The translations under genes were made by a program, and so were the position numbers. From the NCBI RefSeq assembly GCF_009914755.1, contig NC_060925.1: a stretch of 64,000 bases of DNA. One strand, 5' to 3'. Of the stretch, positions 29,541 to 52,370 are shown piece after piece; the first letter of the stretch is position 1; each line of letters starts with the position of its first letter. This stretch comes from the human T2T-CHM13v2.0 reference genome, Homo sapiens. Under the pieces are notes generated by a model. That model was given only the letters and a program-made list of their open reading frames with translations. It was not told the DNA's origin and ran no database searches.

Positions 29541-31039
29541 GGCTAACAGCAGAAAGTCTGGATCCAGATTACCTGGCTTCATCCCATCTTCATCATTTAC
29601 CTGTAGCAGCTGTGTGACATAGGGCAAGTCCCTCAACTCTTCTGTGCTTCACTCTTCTGAACTTTCAGAGACAGCTAATAGGTCCTAACTCATAAGGCTG
29701 TTGTGAGCATTAAGTGAATCAATGGATAATTATTTAGTAAGTGTTTGCTACCATTGTTTTTATAGCTAATGAAGTTGTGGGTAACTCTTGAGAGTCTCCA
29801 GAAAATTCTTTCCATGTCTCATCAGAAGCTGTCAGTTATGCATATGGTTGTTATGCCTATGGTACAGAACAGAGCTGCTTCTGTCCTGAGCAACAAATGT
29901 AGCTATGTGCCCCTGATGTGGGGCCTAATTTATTTGAACCACCCATTGGGGTCTGGTCATTGTACTTTCTGTATTCCCTTGTTCCTCTGCCTAAACGCTA
30001 CAATTCTTCTGATCTCTGGAGTCTTGCAGAAACTGATAACAATTTATGCATTGTAACTGCTGTGCTGCTTTGTTACATAAACATTAGGTCAAGAGCAAGA
30101 CCCTGAGAATGCAGCTTTGACCAACTGAAACAGATGGTAACTGAGCCTTCCAAAGGCCACACTCCCCTCATATTTATTTACCTGGCAGGCAGCAGAATGA
30201 GCCCGTTTTGCTTTATGTGCAAAACTTTCCTCCCAGGCCAATTTTCTGGTGCCCCCCGTGACATATCGCAAAATGAAATAAAAGTATCAAGAACAGTAAT
30301 TTATTCCTGAAACACATCTTCCAAGAGTTACAGATATCTACCATGTCGACCTCTCTTAGCCCGAACCTGAGCTGTCACCCACGTTAAATTACTTTCTAAA
30401 TCAGAGGTAAACTTTATATCATAAAATACCATTCATAGCCACATCAATCCAACCTGAAATCTGCATTACTCTCTTGACCCGAACTCCTAGATATCTACAA
30501 TTCACAGATCGACCAGCTTTGCTCTATCAGTATGCCTTACCCTAGTGGTGTATTACACTAATAGATTCCTGGAGCCGCAGCTCACTTTGTTGATGTATAA
30601 GAGCAATACGTTAAGAGAGCCCCAGCTCACTTGGATGATGTATAGTTGAAGTGGTCATCTGGGGGAAGCATGCTGGTGATGTATGGCCCTGACAAGGGCA
30701 CCAACTGGGAGAGAACAAGTTCAAAGTGGGTTTGGTTTAGCTTGTAGAGGCAAAGAGAAACAACTTAGATCCCACCAGGCCATGTTCCCACTGGCCTCCC
30801 AAGGCCTTCTATTTGCAGGAAAGTAAGCAGCTGCACACACCGTTAAAGAGTGAGGTCTTAACCACTTTTGCCATAGAAATTATTGTTTGCAATTACTATA
30901 AATCTCTCCAGAGGCTTAGATGAAAACAAAGACACATAGATGTTACTTTTACTTTTTGGATATATATTTCATAATAAAATTAATAAAGGAAATTGCATAA
31001 GGACATGTTATTAATTTTTACATTCTTGAGCAATGGGGA

Positions 31040-32270
<1,231 letters not shown>

Positions 32271-32476
32271 ATGCAAAGCAGCATGACAAGCCTGGGGCAG
32301 ATTAAAAAATGAGATATTTAAAACAGGAATGCTTTAAAGCTCTTGAAAAGCACATTCATGGCTTCATGATGGTATAGAGAGTGACAGCAGGACAGATAAT
32401 CAGAGGGGCAAAGAAAGGAAGGGGCTTCCCTCTGGGAGTTGGTTTAGTCTTACCCACCTACAGTTAAAAACAAACA

Positions 32477-32785
32477 GGCCAGGCACAGTGGATCATGCCT
32501 GTAATCCCTGCACTTTGAGAGGCCGAGGTGGGAGGATAGCTTGAGCCCAGGAATTCAAAACCAGCCTGGCCAACATGGAGAAACCCCGTCTCTACAAAAA
32601 ATACAAAAAATTAGCTGGGCGTGGTGGCAGGCACCTGTAGTCCCAGCTACCCAGGAGGCTGAGGTGGGAGGATCACCTGAATTTGGGAGGTTGAGGCTGC
32701 AGTGAGCTGTGATCAGCCACTGCACTCCAGTCTGGGCAACAGAGTGAGACCCTGTCTCAAAACAAACAAACAAACATAAAAAAAT
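32477..32785 (+). mobile_element. AluJ element
   Basis: Alu consensus, (AAAC)n tail. Confidence 0.88.
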
Positions 32786-33124
32786 GCTTGCTAACTAATT
32801 ACATGCTCAAACGAAACCAGAGAGGATTTGAGTCTGGGAGTGGTATCTATACTTTCAGAATACTGCATTAATTAGCAGAGAGGATCAAAATTCTCCAACA
32901 AACCTGAGTTGTAATCTGGGCCCTACCAACTTCCTCACCCTGTAACCTAGAAGAATTACTGCTCCAAGTCTCAGTTTCTCTAACTAGGCTGGTAAAGTTA
33001 ACAATAGTACCTCCTTCATAGAGTTGTTTGTTGATTATATGAGCAGTTGCACATACACTGCTTAGCTTAGTAGTAGTAAGTGTTGCCTAATAGTAAGTGT
33101 TCAACAAATGCAAGCTCTTGTTAT

Positions 33125-33610
33125 TATCTATCTATCCATCCACACATCCTCCACCCACCCACCCATCCATCCACCCATTCACCCATTTATCTATTCACCC
33201 TCCCATCCATCCACCCATCTAGCCATCAGTTCACTCATCCATCCATCCATTCATCCACCCATTCATCCATGTACCCACCCATCCATTCATCTACCCACCC
33301 ATCTACCCATCCACCCGTTCACCCAACCATCTACCCATCCACTCATCCACCTGTCCATTCATCCACCCATCTATCCATCCACCCATCCACCCATCCATCT
33401 ACCCACCCATCCATCCATTCACCCATCCACCCATCTACTCATCCATCCATCCAACCATCCATCCATCCATCCATCCATCCACCCATCCACCCATTCATCC
33501 ATCCATCCACCCAACCAACCATCCACCTTTTCATCTATCCACCCACTTGTCCACCCACCCATTCCTCCATTCATCATTCAACCCTCTCTTCCTACCATCA
33601 CTGTTTCATC
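33125..33610. repeat. Degenerate (CCAT/CCAC)n tetranucleotide repeat, ~480 bp, between MIR pieces
   Basis: Seen directly; it produces the spurious His/Pro/Ser ORFs at 33080 and 33108. Confidence 0.95.
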
Positions 33611-33769
33611 CATGAAGATTTATAAAGAAGTGTAACATTTGGAGTTTATAAACCAGTATTTGAGACCTAATTCTAATTCTTTCCGCCTGTGCAATCTTGG
33701 ACAAATAGTTAAAATTATCTACATTTTTTGTTTATTCTTTGGTAAAATGGGAGAGAGTGCTTATCTTTA

Positions 33770-34110
<341 letters not shown>

Positions 34111-34347
34111 AGAGAGCGAGAGAGAGAAGTAGATGATTCATTAAACTCCCCTGAGGCAAAGTATCCACTTATCAGAGTGACAAGGTTTGTATGACAAAAG
34201 GAGAGCTATGCCACAGTACGGGAATATAAAAGACCTACAAAGCAGCCCCCTTCACACATATTCTCACCTTCCAGGGCATATCACACCATGGCGGTGCCAA
34301 GATCCCTTACATCAACAAATCTAAAACTAGGTTTATTATGTCTCCTC

Positions 34348-35362
<1,015 letters not shown>

Positions 35363-35762
35363 TTGTATTCTCAGAGTCTCAGTGGCAGGCAGGGCACACC
35401 ACAGGCATTCCATGCATATTTGATTGAAAGATTTTCATAAAGGAGGTAGAATTTGAGGGATGGCTAGGACTGGATAAGATGGAGAGGAGGGGAGATGTCC
35501 TGGAGCAGATGAGGGAATAATTAAGGATGCCATGTTGCAGAAAGACCAAGGAGTATCAGAAGCTCCAGAGATGATTCGTTTTTCTTGTGAAGACCCTTCT
35601 GAAAGTACCGCTCTGCAAATAACTCAGAAACTCATTGCTGATTTGCACATGGGTTAGTAGGAACTTGGGTTGCTGTTCTGGAAATTTCCCTTAGTGTCTA
35701 ATACATTTTATTTTACTTCAGAAGGGATTTCCCATAATCTAATCTGTGTGAATATCACTTGA

Positions 35763-37644
<1,882 letters not shown>

Positions 37645-38073
37645 TCAGGGAAAGAGGACAGAGGGTTGTGAGGAAGGGGAGGGAGGGAGGCCTCGTGGAG
37701 ATGACACTTGAGTTAAAACCTATAGGAAGTGAGATGGAGCCACGGGGATTCCTGGAGGAAGAGCGTTCCCCGCAGAGGCAGCAGCAAGTGTGCTGCTTAA
37801 TTAGCTTCCAACGGGAACTTATTTTAGAAGAAAGGGATATAGAGCATGGACTTTGGCCCAGGAATTCTGGTTCTGAGATTCTGTACTGCAAAGCCAAGAG
37901 GCCTCATTTTCCTCATCTGCGAAATGGGGATCATAATGGCACTCACCTTCTGGGGTTATTGTGAGGATCAGGTGTGGTCAAATAGATAATAAGCCTAGGA
38001 TTTTTGGTCTGGGTGACTTTGTGGATGGTGGCGTTTTCAGCTAAGATAAGGAATACAGGAAGAATTAGATTTA

Positions 38074-38238
<165 letters not shown>

Positions 38239-38654
38239 TTAGATACCTTTAGATTTAAGGTGCTTGTATTATGGCCAAGTAGACAATTGAATAAGAGAGC
38301 TCAAAAGAAAGAAATGTGCATTTGGGAGTATCAGCTTATAAACAGTGGTTACATCACTCAAGGAGATAAAATTAATAATCATGGCCACCATTTCTTGAGT
38401 TATCATGCATCGGGTTTTCTGTGCTAAGTGCTTGTGTCTGTGAGGTGTCGTGTCACTTAGCCCTCAAAGCCATGACCCTCAAGGTACCAGTTTAGAAATA
38501 AGAAAACAGAAGTTCTAAGAGTTAAGGAAGTGAGCAGAGAGGTAGGGAGTAAGAAGCAGAACCTCTAGAATCCACGCCCTCAACAGCTTCACTATGCATT
38601 GATCTCTAGGGAAAGTAAGGAGACTGCAAGGAAAAGGTCACACTGGGCACCAAA

Positions 38655-39176
<522 letters not shown>

Positions 39177-39634
39177 TGACATTTTGTTACATGTATATAA
39201 TGCGTAGTGACAAGTAACTTAGGGTACTCAGGGTATCCATCTCTCAAGTACAATACATTTTTGTTCAACCAACACACAGAATTCTAATATTTAAAAGACC
39301 TGGTGGAGAATAAGAAGCTCATGAAAGAGATGAAAAAAGAACAATCAGAAAACTCAGGCATATTCTACTGTGGAGACATGAGAGGAAAGAATTTCCAAAG
39401 AAAGGGAGCAATTAAGTGAGATTAAGACTGAAAAATCCCTTTGGCTTTTGTAATTAAAAGTTAACTGATGACCTAGGTGAGAGCAGTTTCAGCTGGGGGA
39501 GTTGAGGCAGAGGGCAGTGGGGTGACTGGGGAGAGAAGGAGGGGAAAATGGTGATCACCCATCACAGCACCCAAAACAGGAGGCTGGAGAGACAAAAAGG
39601 GAGAAGAAAATGGGCAAATATCTGGCATCGCAAT

Positions 39635-41235
<1,601 letters not shown>

Positions 41236-41239
41236 AGCT

Positions 41240-43178
<1,939 letters not shown>

Positions 43179-44453
43179 TTGAGTTTAGTGTGTTTAGAGG
43201 TCTTTGGCATCGAGAAAATATAATGTTATGAACAACTGGGATCCAACAAGTTGGGCCTTTCAAAAGTCCATGAGGCAATCTAATCTTTTTCAGGTTGCTA
43301 TGGCTTAACACCAACAGCATACCTAGCATTAAGTAAATAATTATTAGAATGAATGAATGAACCTAGCTATCAGATACTAAAACAAACTAAATGGCCATGC
43401 TCCACATCTAAAAATCCCATAAACTAATATTGGCTAAAGGAAGAAAGATGGAAAAGCTCAGTCTTGATTATATCATGCAATGACTGTAACTTGCAAAATC
43501 CAGAGCACAAACTTACCTGATGAATCATGCACAGGAAGCTGGGCACATAAGCTTTTTTTTAACTGAACCAAACTACTGATACCTTTTCCCCTCACCTGTG
43601 ATTAATTCTTACTTTCCATATTTAGGGAAAACCTTGAAATGCTTATTGGCACATAGTTAGGCTCTGTAAACTCAAGTATGCTAGTTAGCTAACTAGACAA
43701 AACAGCCTTTTGCTAAAACTTTCAGATGGACTGACTCCATGGAGGACACATAGCACATTATACCTTAAGAGCAGTAAGATAATGTTTAGTTATCTTTATT
43801 GTCCATTTATTATCATGGAACAAAATGACAGCAGATATATTTTCAGGTATGCCATAAAGGACTGCAATACAATTTGGCACATTGGCAGAATGTTATAAAT
43901 GGCATATGCCTGCACCAAGTGTGATCTTATATACATAACAAGGGTTTTGTAGCTGGTAATGAAAAGGACAGAAAATAAATTCACTAACAGTCTACTACTT
44001 GCCAGCAGTTATTCCCACATTTTTCTCACTAAGTGCTCATAGATAGATAGTCCATGAGGTGGGTATTACTTTTCTTTCTGCAGATGAAGGAATGGGAGTG
44101 AAGACAGTAACATGTCTAAGGTCATGTAGTTACTAAGCAGTCCAGCTGGGATTCACACTCCAAACGTGTGAAAAATATGTCAAACTCCAAAGCTCATGCT
44201 CTTTACACATACCACATGGTGATAAATCTATTCCAGGCATAATCAACTAAACAGAGGCAGAACAATGTTAAAAAAAAATAGTTGTTATGGCAATATTAAT
44301 ATTTGTTTAGTGTTTCCTAATTATTAACTTGATTTGCAACACTAGCCTAGCTATTATCAAGGCAGAGCTATTCTGAATGAAGAGTAAAATAAACAAAGAA
44401 AATCAGTAAAATAAAAAAGCATAGACCACGAAGCAATTCTAATGCTGAAAAGA

Positions 44454-44459
44454 TTTATT
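44454..44459 (-). terminator. Polyadenylation signal AATAAA of KIF14
   Basis: tttatt on the + strand; a GU/U-rich downstream element (TTCGTGGTCTATGCTTTTTTATTTT) lies ~20-45 nt downstream on the - strand. Confidence 0.8.
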
Positions 44460-45786
44460 AAAGGCATTCTCTTTATAACATTTCTTGTCAGTGCACATAA
44501 TTCCAATAGCAAATATTTTTTCACCATTCATTCAAATACAGTATCACAATGTGTTTAGTATAAATATGTATACAAAATTTTATAAAGACACTAAAAAGTT
44601 TCTGACCAATTAAGTCATGAGTTTACAAAGCACAAACTGAAGATTAAATACTGAATATTAAGATGAAAACTACTATACAGGTACTTTAGGAAGTTCTTCA
44701 AAGAAGTGCACCTCCCGGGAAATCCTCATATGTACATCTACACTCCAGCAAACTGCACAGGCAAAGTGCTACTTGCCAGATTATTGACTAATAAAAACAC
44801 ATATAGAGCTTCAGAAAGAATACAAGGTCAAATGCCAAAAATAAAAAAAGAAATGAAAGCAAATGTGCTACATTGTACCATTTTAAAGAGCTTGAAAACA
44901 CCACACAAGGTTCACTAATACTGTTCTGACTGCAATGACCGTATTTACTTACAATCTCTTCCTAACAAGGAAACTATCAGATTTATTCATGGTACGAATG
45001 GCCAATTTCAACTAGTTATGCCAAATGTACAAGTAGTATCTGTAAATTCGAAAAGGGCAAATGAAAGGATCAGGTTATTTAAATGAATTCTTCTTTTTTT
45101 TTCTTTTTTTTTAAATGAATTATTCTTTAGGAACTGCTCAATATCACCCAAGCATAGTTACAAAGTATCTCTTCAAATTATACATACTCTTGAGGTCAAA
45201 AACGTCAAACTATTTCCATAATGTAAGATCCCACAAGTAGAATATTATCTTTATTACTTGATCATAAATAAAGGTTTTTTTTTAAAGCTGTGGAAAATAA
45301 GGGTCTTTAATCTTCATCAAATCATATACAAATTATTTCATTATACCTTTAACAAAACAAGCATTATCAAGAGAAGGTCCAGCCTCTGATCTCCTAATCT
45401 CATCCAACAGTTTAGTATAATTCTGGCAACATTTTATTAGTTTTAAATAATATTCATACAGCCCCCATTATGAAACACAGATAACAGGGTAAACTACTGT
45501 GCCAGCAAGCCATATTATTAATATATAATTATACTATATTTAGGTAGCTACTTATAATTTGGAAAGAAACAGGAAGCTACACCCTTGAACATACTATTCA
45601 AAATGGCAACCAGTTAACCCTTTGAGAAAAGAATTTTTGATTAACAATGCAAGTTAAGTTGTCTTAGTTAAACTTGTACAGGCCATTTCACCATAAACAT
45701 CCCAGCTGTCTGAGGAGAGAGAAGGCATAGGCACAAAGGTAACTGATTGTTCAGGTTTCCACTCATGAGAAAATAACCCTTTATAA

Positions 45787-46153
<367 letters not shown>

Positions 46154-46305
46154 TTTGATAAATAGATATTTTAAAGATAAAAAGACATGGACTTTTTTGA
46201 AATATCTGTGCTGATTTCTCTTAAACTCTCCTGCATAAAGAAAATTACCGAGCAAGTGTTCTTTTTCTTTCATGGGTGGTCATAAAAGTGCCTACACATC
46301 AGTAT

Positions 46306-46685
46306 TCACACCCACTGAATCCTACTGGGTGTGCATTCCTCTGAGCTCACTGCTGCGGATGAGCCATGGAGCTCATAGACACGCTTTGGTACACCTTTAT
46401 TCTTACTGCCGTCAATCCCGCTTGATTTAGATTGTTGGTGTTCTTCTTTGGTATTTTGATTATAAGTTTCCCAGGGTTTCAACAAATCAGGGCTTTCTTC
46501 AGATTCAAAACAAAAGAGGAGAGACTTAGCTAGAGATTCTAGTTCCTGGTGGACAATGTGAGTTACTCTACTCTCATAGCTGCCAACAGAAGTAGAAGGC
46601 ACACTGAAGTCACTGTAAAAATCACTGGCCAAGTTGCGAATACTTTCAACACAAGTCTGGAGAAGATTTATATCACTATGGCATC
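46306..46685 (-). CDS. KIF14: KIF14 terminal coding exon (~30); GCHSDINLLQ...EECTPSRIQWV*
   Basis: ORF 46306..46695; gcatatag acceptor; the C-terminal IQWV is the KIF14 PDZ-binding motif (binds Radil); TGA stop at 46308-46306. Confidence 0.95.
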
Positions 46686-46977
46686 CTATATGCAAGAGAG
46701 GAGGGAAAAGTTAATTAGCCTTTTCAGTTTTCATCAGGTATTTATGACTTTTATAGACTCTAGATATCTTTTAAGTCAAAGTGACCCTATCAAAACAATT
46801 CCAAACTACTTAAGATTAGTCAACTAAAGTGTTTATTTGCTAGATGAGCACTTGGTTTTTCAGGATCTAATTATTTAGGTAGAAGTACTGATACATACAT
46901 TAAGTGGGAATTTAATTATAAATACAAGTTCCTATATGGGTAACTAATATCAGTGAAGTAGCATTGGGTAGGCTTCA

Positions 46978-47358
<381 letters not shown>

Positions 47359-47385
47359 TTATAAACTCCATTTGGAGAATCATAC

Positions 47386-47524
47386 CTTTCAGTGCAGAAA
47401 TAATAATTTCAATAGCTTTCTCTAAGCAATGTTTTAACTTTAAGAATTCTGGAGCACGATTAACCATCCTCTTGAAATCTTGGTATTCAAAGTTTTCTTC
47501 TTGTACTTGCCTTCTGAAACTTTT
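47386..47524 (-). CDS. KIF14: KIF14 coding exon (~29), 139 nt; KSFRRQVQEENFEYQDFKRMVNRAPEFLKLKHCLEKAIEIIISALK
   Basis: atacag acceptor, gtatga donor; phase 0 to phase 1, matching the last exon. Confidence 0.92.
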
Positions 47525-48297
47525 CTGTATAAATAAAGTTAATATTTAAAATAATACATTAACAGGCTCAATGGCAGTAAGGCTCAGTCAATATGATTTT
47601 AATTGCCAGAATCTTCTCTTTAAGAAAGAGAGTTTAATTTCCTCACCAGTGCTTAACTCTATTTCTATAAGCAAGACCAAAATACAATAGTAATTACTGT
47701 TTTCAAAAGAAATCAGAATTTTCAATTAATTTTCAAAGTCTGTCATCCTATTACATGAGAATGGAATAAAGTAACAGTGCCATTTATTATTCAATACTTT
47801 AAAAGATACATTTATTTCATTTTTAAGAGCTCAACTTTATAATAGTTCTCATTTATTTAAATAAAAATTTTCAAGCCATAGCAATTACTCTCCTTTTTAA
47901 CACATTGATCATATACTTAATTTTTCTCTTTACCTGTGACATGGGAATAATCTATCTAATTCAACTGTATTTTAAAATCTTTGAGCACAATGATTATTAA
48001 ACACAATTTTTTAGCCTATAATGACCCATCCAAGCAAAAGCTGACAGTTATTAAACCAGTAGCAATAAGAAACAGACATATTAATAAATTTCTATACAAT
48101 CCTTTATCCACTACTAGAACTAGTAAGTTATGACACACATAAAAAAGACAAAGAGCTATCTTACATGCTACAATTAGACATATACAAAAGAGTTGTCTCT
48201 GGCTAAGGATAAACACTGAAATAAAAATATCTACATTTGAACCAAGTGAAATGATAAAAAATAAGCAAAATTAAAATCAATTTAAAGCTTCTCTTAC

Positions 48298-48372
48298 AAT
48301 TTTCGATTCAGCAAAGATGTTTTCAAGAGATCTAATCAATCCCATGGCATTAGTTTTCATTTCTTTGGTAAC
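48298..48372 (-). CDS. KIF14: KIF14 coding exon (~28), 75 nt; VTKEMKTNAMGLIRSLENIFAESKI
   Basis: ctctatag acceptor, gtaaga donor; 25 open codons, phase 0 to phase 0. Confidence 0.9.
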
Positions 48373-49868
48373 CTATAGAGAATGTTAAAATATTTTATTA
48401 TACTTTATTATTCAGAAGTACAAAAATCATAGAATTGCATGGGACCAGACTTTTAAAAAATTCTAGTCTAGAAGCCCAAAGATTGGAGCTCTATTTCTGG
48501 GATTGCAATTAAATAGCTTGAGAGTACTTAAATCATACATGTGAAATTTCTTCAAAAATAAATTGCACATTGACTTCTTTCCAAATAAGTTTATTTCACT
48601 TTTAAGAGTTCAACTTTATAATCTCTCTCATTTATTTTATTTACATAAAAAATTTCAAGCTATAGCAATTACTCTCCTTTTAAACACATTGATCATATAC
48701 TTAGTCTGTATTTTCTATTTACCTGTGACATGGGAAAATAATCAGTCTAATTCACCTGTATTCATTAATAATTTCTTTCAAAATAAATTGCACATTGATT
48801 TCTATATTAAATATGGACACCCTCTAATATTTGTTATAACAAATTTTGTGTTATACTTAAATATTTATAGATACAAAATTTCTAAATTTCCCTTGGAAGG
48901 GGGTAAGTAACATATCAAGCAAATACTATACTCTAAAAACTTTACAAATGTTTTGTTATTTGATTCTCCATTATAGTCCTATGCTGCCCATTGTATACCT
49001 CATTTTATAGGTAAGGAAACAGACCTTGGTTCCTAACTCCTAAGACTGAGAACTAGAGTGGGAGCCCACATCTAAATTCTAAGCCTTTGCTTTTATTCTA
49101 TCCAATGCTGCCCCCTAAGGTGCTTTCCTGCTCAATTTCTGCCAGGGGATTCTTTTTCAGTGTTTAATTGGCTTTACTCACAGAGAGCTTCCCTAGCCCT
49201 AATTCAGATTTGCTCTATGTGGTTTAAAAAAAAACAAAATTCCAAAAGAATATCCAAATTATTTTTCCTTCCTGACTCCAGCTTTAAAATTGTAGCTCCA
49301 TGCCTTTTATGTTTCAGCTCATTTTCTATTTCTTTGGATATTTTATTCTTCTATAGGTTCTTAAAGGAGTTTTAACTTACAAGAATAGATAAACTAAAAC
49401 CCTACCATGAACAACAAAGTACAGGTTTGTCATACTATAGAAAGAAAATGAGAGAAAGGAGGGTATGCAGATAGGGTCAATTGTATACAGGATGGGCCTG
49501 GCCCTTTTGCTGCTTATTTCCTCAAAACAATACCAAGGCTAACACCTGCACCTACTTCAACAGCTTACTAAACACATTCCCACATATTATTTCATCTATA
49601 TTTTTCATTAATTTATTCTATACCCTTCTGCACTTATTGCCAGCAGAAATTCTTTGCAATAGTGATAGACTGCAAAAGTGGTATCACTTTGCAAATATGG
49701 TGAAGTGTTTTAGTGATAAATGGTGCTGCTGCTGAGCAAAACCAAATTTGAGACGTCAGTGGTGGTCTGAATGAGCCTTTGACAGCCCAATATATCCCTT
49801 TCTTCAAAGTTGCACTATGGAACTGAAATCAGCCTCATGCCTATTTGAGCGCAAGCTTGATTTAGTGA

Positions 49869-50191
<323 letters not shown>

Positions 50192-50841
50192 TGACAGGCA
50201 TGAGCCACCGCGCCCAGCCGTGTTTTTATTTTTTAAAACAAAAAAACACAAAGTGAGAGAGGCAGACATATGTTGAGAAAAAGAGAACACGTGCAAGTAA
50301 GATGAATGACTTAAGATTTGCCAGGCACTATATTTTTAGCATTTTCGTATACGTTGTTTCTTCATCTCATATGATCCTCAGAACAATTTTATGAAATAAG
50401 TATGATCATCCTCATTTAAAAATGGAACGACTGAGGCTCAGGTAAGTTGTTCAAGGCTACATAGGAAGTAGGAGAGCAGCTTAATGTTCCATGTCTTTCC
50501 CCTGTTCTGAGATGGAGTTTTTCTGGGCAGAGAGAAATCTGTATAACCCTGTAGTATGAGCAAAGGGATGGAGAATCTCTGTGGCTTACACAGTTTCACC
50601 TCAGATTCTAAGATGAGCTAGAAGTACATTAATACCAAAGTTTTTCTAAACAACAACAACAAAAAAACTAACTTATTCCATGCCTTCCCAGAAACAACCA
50701 CCCAGAGGGACAGAAGCCAATAGTCCTCCACATGATCTACTTTTCTAGATCAATCAGTATATACATAAATGAGGAGACATCCTAGTAGCTAAGATCTCAG
50801 GAACCTAAATGTCCCCAGGTAGCACTGCCCCAGCCACCTGA

Positions 50842-51153
<312 letters not shown>

Positions 51154-52247
51154 TGAGCTACCATCCCTGGCCAAGGATGGTTTTAATATGTTGTTACAAG
51201 ACTCTAAAACAGACAAGTCTCTGAAATTCAGTCTCATAAGAATTTGAATTTGTATCTTCCTAATCCCCACTTCACTAACAGTAATTGTCAATAAAGAAAA
51301 TTAATGCATGAACAATAGTTTTAAAAACTTATTTATGTAGCATGTTGAGTTTTGGAGTCAGGCAGAATATAAAATCCTGGCTCAGGGCTTAATAGTTGGG
51401 TAATTAGGCAAAATACTCTAATTCAATGAAATGAAGAATATAAATTCCTACCTTGAAAAATGATATGAATATGAAATATGATATTCATAGGGCTTTTTCT
51501 TACTGACAAAGTACAAACCCATTATAGAAATGGCTAAGATTTACCACTGTTACATGTAAAGCACCTAGTCCAGTAACTGTCAGAGGAAATTAATCAGTAA
51601 ATAGTTTACAGCCTGTGATGTAGGTATGCTTACATGACAGGGTCAGAGCATTAAGTGACTTGCTAAATGATAAGTGGAAAGTGATAGAACCAGGTTTCAA
51701 ATACATGTCTTCTAATATTAAAACCCAGATCTTTCCTAAGGTACTAAGTAATGTTAGCTGGAGGATGGGAGGACACATATTTTAGGAAATCACTGAAATG
51801 CTTATTGGTTCTGTATCTTGATATGAAATATCTTATGTGAATGCCCCAGAAAAATATTTAGTTCAAGATACTGAATCAATAAATGTTACTAATAGTTTCC
51901 ATTCTTAGAAGAGGAGAAGACTAAACAAAGCTAAGGAAGAAAATGACAACCAGAAAGCGAACACTAGGTGTCACTACCACACTCCACTCTCTGCTTAGGA
52001 GTTTACAGACTGAATTCTTGAAAATAGCTGCAACAGGACCAAGCAAAATATTAACAATAGAGGCTGCAGTGACTCAAGAATAACTTGGGAAAATATCACC
52101 ATAAGATCATGATGTCAGCCTCTTCAGTGAAAAATAACTCGAAACAAATTAAAACATATGAATTTATAGAAATCTAATTTGTTGACTGAAAAAATCAACT
52201 TTATATATTATTTAGTACTGTACAGAATATTCTTTTATTCATCTTAC

Positions 52248-52370
52248 CTCATTTTTTGTACACTGCCTAAAGAGTTCATGCTGAAGTTCTTTTGCTTTTT
52301 CCAGTCCAGAATCTAATAAAATCTTCATTCCTAAGCCTACACCATCACAAACAGCATCCATGAATTCCTC
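52248..52370 (-). CDS. KIF14: KIF14 coding exon (~27), 123 nt; EEFMDAVCDGVGLGMKILLDSGLEKAKELQHELFRQCTKNE
   Basis: ctttttctag acceptor, gtaaga donor; 41 open codons, phase 0 to phase 0. Confidence 0.92.

Noticed and set aside
30301-30540. NUMT suggested by mtDNA-like C-over-G skew
   Set aside because: The frames I translated matched no mitochondrial protein and I recognised no mt rRNA/tRNA motif; not called without BLAST
30572-30644. CRISPR-like or DGR template/variable-repeat reading of the 28-bp repeat pair
   Set aside because: Only two units, a 17-bp spacer, mismatches not adenine-specific, no cas or RT gene, human context
33080-33635. 181-aa and 175-aa His/Pro/Ser-rich ORFs
   Set aside because: Open only because the (CCAT)n repeat lacks stop codons
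48563-48910. 115-aa + strand ORF over the intronic duplication
   Set aside because: Non-ATG start, AT-rich low-complexity composition, antisense to a KIF14 intron
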